A stretch of 64,000 bases of DNA from Stramenopiles sp. TOSAG23-3 (lineage: Eukaryota): NCBI GenBank assembly GCA_900128585.1, contig LT642150.1, positions 1 through 64,000 of the forward strand. The letters are read 5' to 3'. Position numbers and translations under genes: made by a program. Every line of letters begins with the position of its first letter. Within the stretch, counting starts at the first letter, position 1. Under the pieces are notes generated by a model. That model was not told the origin of the DNA. It worked only from the letters and a program-made list of their open reading frames with translations, and did no database searches. Positions 9,292 through 19,162 of this stretch are shown piece by piece.

Positions 9292-10749
9292 TTATGGGAT
9301 TTTAGGATCATTCCATTTCCCATGAAGTGTCCAGTCAGTCGGTTTCTTCTTCTTCTTTCCCGCTTTTCGTTTTAGTTTTCTCCCTCGCCTTTCTATCTTT
9401 TTCGCCAAAGGGTTTACTGGTTTGCTCCCCTTTTTACCAGGCCTGACCTCTGATTCTTTTTTCTGAAACGGGTTGTAACTAGGTGCATGGCGTTGTGCCA
9501 TAAACTCCTTCAAGTTTTCTTTTTTTGGATTGGAGTGCCCCTGGAATCGTTTGCTACTTATTCCAAAGCCCCTCGGGGACATATTTCCGTTACCACGACG
9601 GGTCCGTGATGCAGTCGATGGCCGCGTAGGCCTGTTGTTAGAAATGGACATTCCATCCTTTGTGCTTTCCTTTGAAGAGCCCTTCGCATTCAGCCGTGAG
9701 GCAGCAGACGAGGGTCTCACCCTTCTTCTGTTGGGCGGTCTCGCGTTTCCTTCTTTACAGTCTCCCGCGTCGCCAGTTTCTGCCCACAGACCTGGGCGCT
9801 GGATTGCACTAGTACCAAATCCACAGCTGCGCATATCACGAGGGGAAACAAAGCGAAACTTTTTGTTGTTGAGTTTTGGAAAAGGGACGATAGTTTCTGT
9901 CATCGGCAGTTGGAACATTTGGGAACAAAAGGGGCATAATTTAACTTGGCTGTAAAGCTTCGTCCAGTTGTTCTTTAGAACCCTCGGCATTTGTACTTTG
10001 AAGGGGAAATCTTCTCGCTTTTTCCATATGGCACGAAGAGTCACACTACCGCATAAATTTTCGGGTGTAAACCGTCGCTCACAAAGAGCACAGTCCACGT
10101 CCATAACTCTTTTGCTCGTCCCTGCGACCTCTGCGTCCGCTTCTGCGCTCTCTGCCACATTTTCACCAGTGTTGTGCAGGTTGTTCTGCTTCTTCCGACT
10201 GACACCCCTATCTTTTCTTCGATACTGCGTGTTTGTGTACGTTTCCACATAACGAACGTGCTGGTGGTTCCCAAAGTTCTTCCACATTTTCACACCAAAC
10301 TTTTCCGTAAGTTTCTGAAGAAGCTTTTTCCGCTTATATTCCTTGTCCTGCTCATGTACGTTTTTTCTCTTCTCTTCCATCATTTCTTCCATCATCAGCT
10401 CCCTCCCCAGCCTAATGACTAGTTGCTTCGGCTCGCCATCGGTGGATAGATTTCTATCTTCCAACTCTTCAATTATAGCTCGCAATTCTGCTTTCTTGAT
10501 CACCCTGGGCTTTGCGACAGCCGTAAACTCACCCCCTTTGATTAGGGCAGCGTCAGCAGAGGACATACTCTGATATTTTCTTGGTGCTCGGCACTGCTGG
10601 CAGCCTAGTCTAGGTTTCGTTGCGCAATATTTTGACCCGTGCAGCCCAACAAATTCAACGCTGCCACTGCCGTTAAAAATATCGTCGTTCCTTGTTCTGG
10701 GGTCTAAGAGCATAGAATGCAAAACTCCGGTGGCGAAAAAGATGACCAT
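9292..10749 (-). CDS. Uncharacterised protein with SAP-like motif and CxxC...CxxC zinc finger; alternative start at 10566
   Basis: KKAELRAIIEELEDRNLSTDGEPKQLVIRL is SAP-like, followed by CALC...LCPFC and a Lys/Arg-rich tail. The start codon is uncertain (10749 or 10566). Confidence 0.7.
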   Translation of the reverse strand: MVIFFATGVLHSMLLDPRTRNDDIFNGSGSVEFVGLHGSKYCATKPRLGCQQCRAPRKYQSMSSADAALIKGGEFTAVAKPRVIKKAELRAIIEELEDRNLSTDGEPKQLVIRLGRELMMEEMMEEKRKNVHEQDKEYKRKKLLQKLTEKFGVKMWKNFGNHQHVRYVETYTNTQYRRKDRGVSRKKQNNLHNTGENVAESAEADAEVAGTSKRVMDVDCALCERRFTPENLCGSVTLRAIWKKREDFPFKVQMPRVLKNNWTKLYSQVKLCPFCSQMFQLPMTETIVPFPKLNNKKFRFVSPRDMRSCGFGTSAIQRPGLWAETGDAGDCKEGNARPPNRRRVRPSSAASRLNAKGSSKESTKDGMSISNNRPTRPSTASRTRRGNGNMSPRGFGISSKRFQGHSNPKKENLKEFMAQRHAPSYNPFQKKESEVRPGKKGSKPVNPLAKKIERRGRKLKRKAGKKKKKPTDWTLHGKWNDPKIP

Positions 10750-11649
10750 TCTGTACGATATATTATTATTATTTTTTTCTTTCTTTCATTTTATTTATAT
10801 AAAAAAAAAATGTGTAGTGTATTATTATTATTATTATTGTTTGTTATGATCATCATCATACCTATATAATACCTATTATACCTACATACAGTGTTTAGTA
10901 AAAGACGAGGTAGGAGGAGTGTCAAAATCATCGTCGCGAAGAATGGATTTGTATTAATTATAGTACTAATTAATATTGTATTTATTTTGGTTAAATGAAT
11001 AGGATTAGCATATTAGCATTAGCACTTTGCAGTAGTAAAACTCGATATATTATAATACAGAAATGACTGCTATTGTAGATTATGCACAATCCTACTAGGT
11101 TAGGTGTGAAACAGTTAAAACGGACTTCGGAAAATTCTTGTATAAATTCTGTAAAAATTTAACAGCTACATAACAAAGACGAATATCATCTCTACGTCAA
11201 GTGCATTGTTCACCTTCAAATAACTAACTAACTCTCAACATACAACACAGTAATAATGTAACTAATATGTCCAATAAAATACCAAAAAACCTGTCCGAAC
11301 GAAAAAAAGAAATGTAACAGTATAATCTAAAAAATTATAAAAAAACAATCAATCGAAACTACTACTGTAACAGAAGAGCTACTGTAGAAGACTAACAGAA
11401 GAGAAAACAAAACAAAACCAGCTCAGAGCAAAAAGCTGCAGAGCGAAGAGAAGAAAGAAGAAAGCGTTTTTAAAATCAGATGCTAGGCTATTTCGATGTT
11501 TTAATTTCCAAAATTTTGAACTTGCTATAATCATCCACTATTAGCCTTATATTATATTTATTGGTATTTTTTAATAAATAATAATAGTCGATGAAGTTAC
11601 TAAGTATTAATACAGTAGAATTAATAGTATGGTAAGTCCGTTAATAATA

Positions 11650-11770
11650 TTCTCTCCTCTCCTCTTCTTTTATTCTTTCTTCTTCTTTCTTCTTCTTTTT
11701 TTCCCTTTCTTCTTCTTTCTTTCTTCTTCTTCTTTTTTTCCCTTTCTTCTTCTTCTTCTTCTTCTTCTTT
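11650..11770. repeat. (TTC)n-rich polypyrimidine tract
   Basis: About 120 nt of almost exclusively T/C with TTC periodicity, upstream of the ankyrin gene. Confidence 0.85.
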
Positions 11771-12005
11771 TCATCTCGACAATAACAAATTTTATTATAA
11801 TGCTTCTACTACTACTATACTTTGTATAATATATTACTATTTCTTTGGAAGAAGCGGTCAGTGTTGGAAACAAGAAAATTGGATGAACGCGTCGGGAACA
11901 AACTTCTAAAGAAAAAGGTCTACACTTTATAAGGAAAATTGCTTGGCGATCGAGTTAATATACACACATAAATTCCTCGGAACCGACAAAAGAAAAAGAC
12001 GAATC

Positions 12006-12764
12006 ATGGATGAGTCAAGTGTTGTGTTGCCGTACCCAAATATGGTTACAGACTTCCTCAAACTTTGCCAGCTTGGTAATCTAAAAAATCTTAAAAATAT
12101 TGTTTATCCTGTTGAACCGTTGGGCGACGAAGAAGACGAAGAGGAAGAAGAGGTCCTTGATGCAGAAAAAGAGCCCGCTATTGATGTAAACATGTTAGAT
12201 GAAAAACAGATGCCAGGTATTTGTTTAGCTGCTCGTTCCGGACACGCCAAGGTAGTAGATTTCCTGATTGAGGCACACTGCGATATAGAAATGGCCGCTC
12301 CGGGAGGATTGCGGGCTATTCATCACTCTTGCAACAGCATACAAGAGGCTTGCCTGAGATCACTGGTTAACGCGGGAGCCGAAGTCAACTCAAAGGATGA
12401 CAATGGAAATACGCCGCTCTTCTGGGCAGCTTCACGCGGCGTGCTTGCGAACGCCCAAATACTCTTGCAAGCGAACGGAGACAAGACCGCCGTAAACAAT
12501 AATGGGGATACTCTTTTGCACCGCAGTGCAGCAAATGGCCACGTTATGATGTGTAAATTCTGGGTAAACAAATGCGAATTAGACGTAAATGCCCAAAATT
12601 CCATTGGTGACACCCCGTTGCATCTAGCAGTGAAGGCAGGCTTAGTTCAGATCGTCAATATTCTACTGGAGACTAATGCCGACAAATCGATAAAAAATAA
12701 GGAAGGGATGATCGCTGCTGAGTACGGAAGCATGCACGTAAACATTATGAAAGCCCTTGCTTAA
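12006..12764 (+). CDS. Ankyrin-repeat protein
   Basis: First ATG at 12006; about 5 ankyrin repeats (GNTPLFWAA, GDTLLHRSA, GDTPLHLAV) and an acidic insert near the N-terminus. Confidence 0.9.
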   Translation: MDESSVVLPYPNMVTDFLKLCQLGNLKNLKNIVYPVEPLGDEEDEEEEEVLDAEKEPAIDVNMLDEKQMPGICLAARSGHAKVVDFLIEAHCDIEMAAPGGLRAIHHSCNSIQEACLRSLVNAGAEVNSKDDNGNTPLFWAASRGVLANAQILLQANGDKTAVNNNGDTLLHRSAANGHVMMCKFWVNKCELDVNAQNSIGDTPLHLAVKAGLVQIVNILLETNADKSIKNKEGMIAAEYGSMHVNIMKALA

Positions 12765-13399
12765 GCTTTGAGCTTGCTTACAGAAAATTAGAAATTTGCA
12801 GAAGTATTGTTCGAGTAGACGCAGTAGAAAAGCAATTAAAGTCTTAAGTTTTTATTGTATAAGAGCCTTTATTTTGTTTTTATGAACAACATCTACCTGC
12901 GTGGTCGTGTGTGTGTGTGTGTTTTAATGTTTGTTGCTCTTGTTATCCTAATGTGCGTTTTTAAAAACTTCATCAATATTATGTACTATACAAATTGTAT
13001 CTAAATAATATTCCAGATCATCGACGGACGCAGGAGGTGCTGTGCGATTAAAATATCTGGTGTGTTGTCCTCGTATTATGATCAACCAAGTTCTTGATAG
13101 CAGGGGTGGGATATTATACTACCCATTACAATACAAGTAAGAAATGCCCCACCACTTCCCCACCACCGGACGACACGCACGTTTATTATACTGTTCACTA
13201 TTATTTTGTACACGGCGGTACGAAACAAATACTTTATACCTTCAATCAAAAGTAAGTATTATTCCATTAGTTTCATGTGTGAATTGATACCCAAAAGAGA
13301 GGCAGAAAAGAATTACAGCCGCCAACGAACACACACGCACGAGGAGAAAGCAAAGGTATTATCAAACCCCGTATCAAATAACCAGAAACAACACAAACG

Positions 13400-14356
13400 A
13401 TGGCATCCCTTGCAGCCGGCGACGCCGACAAACTTGGTAAGTTGTCCGACAAGAAGTATAAGCAACAAGCAGTTTGGTTTTTAAACGCGTTTTGGGACGA
13501 ATACTTCACTGACGATGAGAAGAGAGAAAAGGTGTACGACTACTGTACAAAGATGATCAAACTCGATTCCAGAGGTGATGAAGGAAACGAGTTGGATGAG
13601 TTTAAAGCACATCAATTTCTGGAGAAAACAGAGGGTGCCCTGACGGTCGCAGCAATGCGCAAAGCGTTGAAAGATATTGACATTGACTTCAACAAAAAAG
13701 TCTCTTTGACAGAATTCTTGATCTACTGCTACAAGGCAGACGTACACGCGCTAGTATGTGCCCCTCAGACATCGGACAAGGAAGCGGCCGCAGCGCTTTC
13801 AGCAGCCCAAGAAGAAGTCGACAAGGCTATGAGCCAGGCGACCGTGGCAAAAACTGCCGCTGACGCTGCCGCGAAGGCCCACAACGAGGCCACGAAAGCA
13901 GAAGAGGTCGCCAAGGAAGCGCTTGCGGACTTAGAGGCTCAACAAAAGGCCTTCGACGACAAAGTTGCACTGCTGACAACGACCGGTGAAAACATGGAAC
14001 TTGGTATTGTGAAAAGAAACAGGGCCAAACAAGAACTGGCTATGTTGAAAGCCAAGGATCCGTTGCCGTTGGATCGGGCTAAAATCAACCAAGGAGCCGC
14101 TGTTCGTAAAGTAAAAAAAGCAAGAAAGAAGGCGGAGAAGACTGCAGCAGCGTCGAAGGAAGAGTACGCAAAGGCGAATGAAGCATTCAAAAAGGCGGAA
14201 ACTGACTTGGCAGTGATCGCAAAGCAAACCAAAGGCGCAGGCCAGGGTACTCTGTGGTTTATGCAGCGCGAATTGGCCGAAGCCAAGAAGTACATGACCC
14301 CGAAGCAGTTGAAGAAGAGCGACGAAGAACTCATGAAAAAAATGGGTGGCTTTTAA
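13400..14356 (+). CDS. Calcium-regulated actin-bundling protein homologue (Dictyostelium 34-kDa/AbpB type)
   Basis: YKQQAVWFLNAFW, ELDEFKAHQFLE, EF-hand DIDFNKKVSLTEF, an Ala/Lys-rich coiled coil and C-terminal GTLWFMQRELAEAKKY are all typical of this family. Confidence 0.75.
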   Translation: MASLAAGDADKLGKLSDKKYKQQAVWFLNAFWDEYFTDDEKREKVYDYCTKMIKLDSRGDEGNELDEFKAHQFLEKTEGALTVAAMRKALKDIDIDFNKKVSLTEFLIYCYKADVHALVCAPQTSDKEAAAALSAAQEEVDKAMSQATVAKTAADAAAKAHNEATKAEEVAKEALADLEAQQKAFDDKVALLTTTGENMELGIVKRNRAKQELAMLKAKDPLPLDRAKINQGAAVRKVKKARKKAEKTAAASKEEYAKANEAFKKAETDLAVIAKQTKGAGQGTLWFMQRELAEAKKYMTPKQLKKSDEELMKKMGGF

Positions 14357-15404
14357 ATCTGTTCGGCAATGAAGCATTTGTGATAAGTCAGCGCATTGCA
14401 TATTATATGGATCCATTTCCACCAATCGCAGGTATCTTAAAGACGCTTGAACCCCCCCCTATCAATCAATGCATAGTGCGGTTGTTTATATATACATCCG
14501 TTTTAATTTATCTCTTCCTTATTTTTTAATTGAAATTGTAAGTGTTGTGTTGTAAATTAACAAGAATTCTAAAGATAACATAAATCTGAATCGATTACTT
14601 ATGTTACTCTATCTATCTATATCTATCTACTATAGTATATTATTATATTAATAATATTCTTCTTCATTTAAAAAAAAATTCTTCTTCTTCTTTGTTGTTG
14701 GTTGTGTTTTGTTGTTTGTTGCTTTTCACATTATTTAGACGACTAATAGTCTAATAGACACTATAAGTATTATTTTATTATTTAGGGGGCTGTATTCAGA
14801 TTTTTGTGTTGGATCCATTTTCTAGTGGTCTAGCTATCGACCACCATTATATTGTTACAGCATCCACTTAATTTCATATTTTATAATAAAAAATAATAGA
14901 CTAATAATGGAAAATATATTTTATTATTACTGTATTGTATCTTTATTATAATAAAAATAATATATAATAAAAATAATATTTTTTTTCTTTCACCTCCTCG
15001 TACCTCTCCTCCTCTTTCTCTCTCTCTCTTCCCTTTTTTTTTTTTCGAGGGTCGTCGTTTCGTTTGTTGTTTGTTGTTTTTGTTGTTTTTCGATTTTTTT
15101 TTACAGCTGGTGTGGAGGAGTGTGGGTGGAGGAGGACTGAATTTTAATTTTTGGTTGCTTCAATTTTATTATTATTCGTACCTAGTCGTCGTGTCGTAAT
15201 AAACGTATGAAATATATATTTTTTATCATCTTTCATATTAATATTATACTATCTATAGTCCTATAAACCAATAAAAGGATATTTGTGACAGCACAAGATT
15301 ATTTATGAACTCGTGAGTTGAAAATTGTTGCTCTTTGCAACAGGGCGTAGCAATATAATATACCAGCAAAGTTCGAATATAAACCGGCAAAAGTATCGCT
15401 ATAA

Positions 15405-16289
15405 ATGAAACGAGGGGCTTCTTTGGGTTGGGCATTTCTCGCAATAGCATCTTTGGTGTGCGTTGTAAATCCATTGGCATCGGCGGCTGAGAGCAGCACG
15501 GCCAAAGATAAAATCGTGTTGGGCCCGAATGCGAAGCTAGTGAATGAATTTATTCAGGCGGTAGGCAACGATGCTGAAGCGGCGAAGTTATTTTTGAAAA
15601 ATAACAAAGATTTTTTGAAAGATGGAGAAGGTAGCACTGCTTTAGTGGAGTCTGCAAAACGTGGGCACGGAAGGGTCGTTGAAGTACTGCTATCCAAGGG
15701 TGCGAACATACAGGGCAGCGACAGCAAAGGGAGAACTGCTGTACACTTTGCCGCGCTTTGCTCCAAGCAGCACCATGTTCGACATGGAATATGCCCAGAG
15801 GAAGTTGGATACAAGGGCGAAGAGTACGATTCCCACCACGACACCATGGAGCGTTTGGTACGATTTGAAGGGTCTCCTATGGACGCGGTAGATGATGAAG
15901 GTCGAACGGCGCTAATGTATGCGGCAATGCAAGGGCATAGTGATATTGTAGATGTCTTGCTGGAAAATGGTGCCGATCCTACGATCTCGGATAAGTCTGG
16001 CTGGTCTGCAATATTTTATTGTGCCCTGTACAACCGAGAAAAAATATTGGAAAAGTTGCTAAAAGACGGTAGGACGGACATCAATTCCAAAGATCTTATG
16101 GGGTACGTTCCGCTTGTGACGGCCAGTGAACAGGGCTGGAAGCAGTCCGTCCTTATCCTTCTTTCATTTGGTGCCAACCCCCTTATCAAGTGCCGCAACG
16201 GCAAGTTGCCCAGTGAACACGCACGTGGTTTTGGGCACACCGAAATCGCAGAAATTCTGCAAGAATATGAAAGGAGAAGTGAGCTCTAG
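15405..16289 (+). CDS. Signal-peptide ankyrin-repeat protein with KDEL-like C-terminus (RSEL)
   Basis: Hydrophobic N-terminus ending ASA-A, ankyrin repeats (GRTALMYAAMQGH etc.), ends ERRSEL*. Confidence 0.85.
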   Translation: MKRGASLGWAFLAIASLVCVVNPLASAAESSTAKDKIVLGPNAKLVNEFIQAVGNDAEAAKLFLKNNKDFLKDGEGSTALVESAKRGHGRVVEVLLSKGANIQGSDSKGRTAVHFAALCSKQHHVRHGICPEEVGYKGEEYDSHHDTMERLVRFEGSPMDAVDDEGRTALMYAAMQGHSDIVDVLLENGADPTISDKSGWSAIFYCALYNREKILEKLLKDGRTDINSKDLMGYVPLVTASEQGWKQSVLILLSFGANPLIKCRNGKLPSEHARGFGHTEIAEILQEYERRSEL

Positions 16290-16494
16290 AGCGGGATTGC
16301 GCACCGCAAAACACAGTGCTCACTTGAACGTAAATTGCACACGTAGTGTGGCGTGTGACACACGTCAAGGCAGTTATCTAAGCAAAATTTAAATTCCGTA
16401 CGTACGAATTATTTGTATGGATTCTTATACTAGACGCGAACAGATGGTAGCCTTTCCCTTTTTATTTTATACTTGTAGCCGTGAAGTGTGCGTT

Positions 16495-18192
16495 TTAATC
16501 CCCGCTCTTCTTCCCGCCACCAACGTCAACATGCAGCACATCTAGCTGAAGTATATCGGATTCACAACCTAGCAGTTGTCCAACACTCGGGCTAGTCCGC
16601 CCCAAATCGCCGTGCACAAATTCCTTCACGTAGGTCCCCGACGATGTCACCAGCGTAAGCATAAAAGACCGCTGATTCAACCACTTCGTCTTCATCTCAT
16701 GGATAATTTTTGGACGTTCCATAACCGTTCTACGGTGCAACACCCGTAAAGGGGTATTTTGCAATATCTGCATATCAGTTTTTGAGTCCAGTTTCTGCCG
16801 CAGTAGAACGGGCGTGATCGGTTGGGATGTGTAACAGACACAGCAGTAGGTTTTCTTTTTCTCTTCGGTATCTACCTCTAAAGTCTCCTTGTCCCCATTT
16901 CTATTCCAATACAAAAGCTTGGATTCTACGTCGCTGGTGTTTTCATTGGAAGCGCGTTCTAAGCCGGGAATTTTAGGTTCCATACGAACGGGGCACTTCT
17001 TGGGGCTGCACAACTCGATTGCGTAAGGCCGACCGGCTCCCAGCATCCTGACATCGATATCTTCTCTTCCCGAGGAATGGAATTTGTACGTTTCGCAACC
17101 ATAAGATTCTGATATGCTATCGCACAAGAGCTCTTGAACCGAAGATTTTCCGACCCGCTGCCCTGAAATGAACCAAGGTGACTGAGGTAGGCCCCGCAAA
17201 AATTTTAAATAGTGCCCGTGCAAAAATATGGGAGGGCGGGATATCTGTACTGTCAAACAAGCGCTGGGTTTCCACGCAGGTGTAAGCGAATAGTGGGTTC
17301 TCATCAGCTGGCTTTGGGCAGAAAACACTGTGTTCTTCCGCCTGCATGTCTTCAAAAATGCATCAATAGACCTTTGCAAATCGATGCTTGACGATGCCAT
17401 CTTCCTTTTGCTTTTGAAGCCAAGCCTTTGCCTCTTCGCCGACGGTTGTTCTTGATCAGCTGCATCTGTATTATCCTCAACACCATTTTCAACTCGGCGA
17501 GTCACAACAGTGATATCGTTTTGAAACTTCTGGCTCATTGCCTCGTTGCCATCGAACGCAAACGAAACCTGAATGTGCAGCTGTGAAAATTTCGCTATAC
17601 TCGAATCATCGTCATTTTGAGTTTGTGCCCCCTGCCCCATCTCCAATACCTTCTCACACGCCCGAATTCCTGTTGAGCGCATAATCTCCCGTGCAATCGA
17701 TTTTACGGACGGGAAAAAGTCAAAATTACCCCCTGGCAGCGTCTCTGAAGGGGTGCTGCTGTGATACCACTGCCAAAACGTGAAGGTTCTCGCCACTACG
17801 TACGGGGGTAGTCCGATATTCAGTGAAATGTGGTCCATGTACCATTCGTACCCAGAGTTGTCTATCGAGTCCGCAACTTTTGAAGCTGAAGAAAAGATTT
17901 CACTGGTCTCCAAAATTCCCAAGCACAACGCGCACATCTCTTCCTTTTCCTCATCTTTTTTCCCTCCAAACAAACGCTGAACAACACCTAAAGGAAGTTC
18001 CCGTTCCTTTATTTGAGAACGAATGCTCTCCAGTAACAACTCATCGCTATCTAGCAAGTACACACCCGAATCCGATGGCAACAAAAGGCAGCAACGACAG
18101 AAACACCTTGGGCAAATGTACGGAAACTCACCCGACTCTGATATCACCTCGTTTAGGGCACGTTCGTTTACGCTGGGAGAGCTGGAAGACAT
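16495..18192 (-). CDS. PUS10: tRNA pseudouridine(54/55) synthase Pus10
   Basis: CPRC...CALC zinc site, YLKFLRGLPQSPW, catalytic HSSGREDIDVRMLG, QNTPLRVLHRR and GTYVKEFVHGDLGRT. Confidence 0.95.
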   Translation of the reverse strand: MSSSSPSVNERALNEVISESGEFPYICPRCFCRCCLLLPSDSGVYLLDSDELLLESIRSQIKERELPLGVVQRLFGGKKDEEKEEMCALCLGILETSEIFSSASKVADSIDNSGYEWYMDHISLNIGLPPYVVARTFTFWQWYHSSTPSETLPGGNFDFFPSVKSIAREIMRSTGIRACEKVLEMGQGAQTQNDDDSSIAKFSQLHIQVSFAFDGNEAMSQKFQNDITVVTRRVENGVEDNTDAADQEQPSAKRQRLGFKSKRKMASSSIDLQRSIDAFLKTCRRKNTVFSAQSQLMRTHYSLTPAWKPSACLTVQISRPPIFLHGHYLKFLRGLPQSPWFISGQRVGKSSVQELLCDSISESYGCETYKFHSSGREDIDVRMLGAGRPYAIELCSPKKCPVRMEPKIPGLERASNENTSDVESKLLYWNRNGDKETLEVDTEEKKKTYCCVCYTSQPITPVLLRQKLDSKTDMQILQNTPLRVLHRRTVMERPKIIHEMKTKWLNQRSFMLTLVTSSGTYVKEFVHGDLGRTSPSVGQLLGCESDILQLDVLHVDVGGGKKSGD

Positions 18193-19162
18193 GACGATAC
18201 TTCTACAACAACTCTTATACGAAGAGTAAATAACGCCAAATATGCCTTCTATTTATTATTCTATTTAAATATTCCCATGCCTATGTATTGGAAAAAGATC
18301 AATACATGCGATTACATATTATAAAACAAAAACAACAAAACAAAAAATTGTTATTGATTGTGTATTTTTTAATAAAATATCATAAAATAATATATATAAT
18401 AAAAAAAAAAATAATATTTTATTCATCATCACATTTTAAAATACTAATACTACAGTATGTAATACAGTAATAATAAAAAAAAAATAAAAAAATAATAAGA
18501 ATAAAAAAAATGGTTGGTCGGACCGAGCAAGAAGAAGAAGAAAGAAGCGCAGCGGATAAAAATTGAGGAGGAGGAGAGGGGAGAGGAGGAGGGAGGAGAG
18601 GAAGAATGTCGATCGACGGCAAATAGAAGAATCTTAAAAAATTTATTTATACTACGAGTACACACCATCTCATGAATGAATATTAATTTAAAATAATATA
18701 TTTATATTAGACTAAGTAGTATAATATGTTGTAGAACGACTATTATTATTTTATTATTCGTCTTCTATTATAATACGTAGTCTAATAATAATAATATTGA
18801 TGATGATGATTTTGATATTTTTATTTGTGTTGTTTTTTTGTTTGATATTTTTTATTTTATTATTACTGTATTATTATTATTATTAGCTATTCTAGACCAG
18901 TGTCCCGTCGTCGTCGTCGGTCTTCTAATGTAAGTAATAATTAACAATTAATACGGTTTCACATACGGTTTCACATGTATATATACACACATATATATTG
19001 TTATTTGAAAGGTTTATTGAAGATAGAAGTAAAGGTTTGATTTTGGAAATTTCCGTCTACATTCGCTCCATTCTTTTAAGAAGAGTTGAATGAAAGGATT
19101 GCGAATCTTTGGTTGGAGGGAAACAGTTTGGAACCACCGTAACGAATACACCCGGGGAGACA

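Noticed and set aside
13931-14425. Long antisense or overlapping ORFs within real genes (also 23778-24503, 38233-38760, 39085-39714 and many others)
   Set aside because: Shadow ORFs expected from codon bias opposite coiled-coil or membrane genes; no independent motifs.
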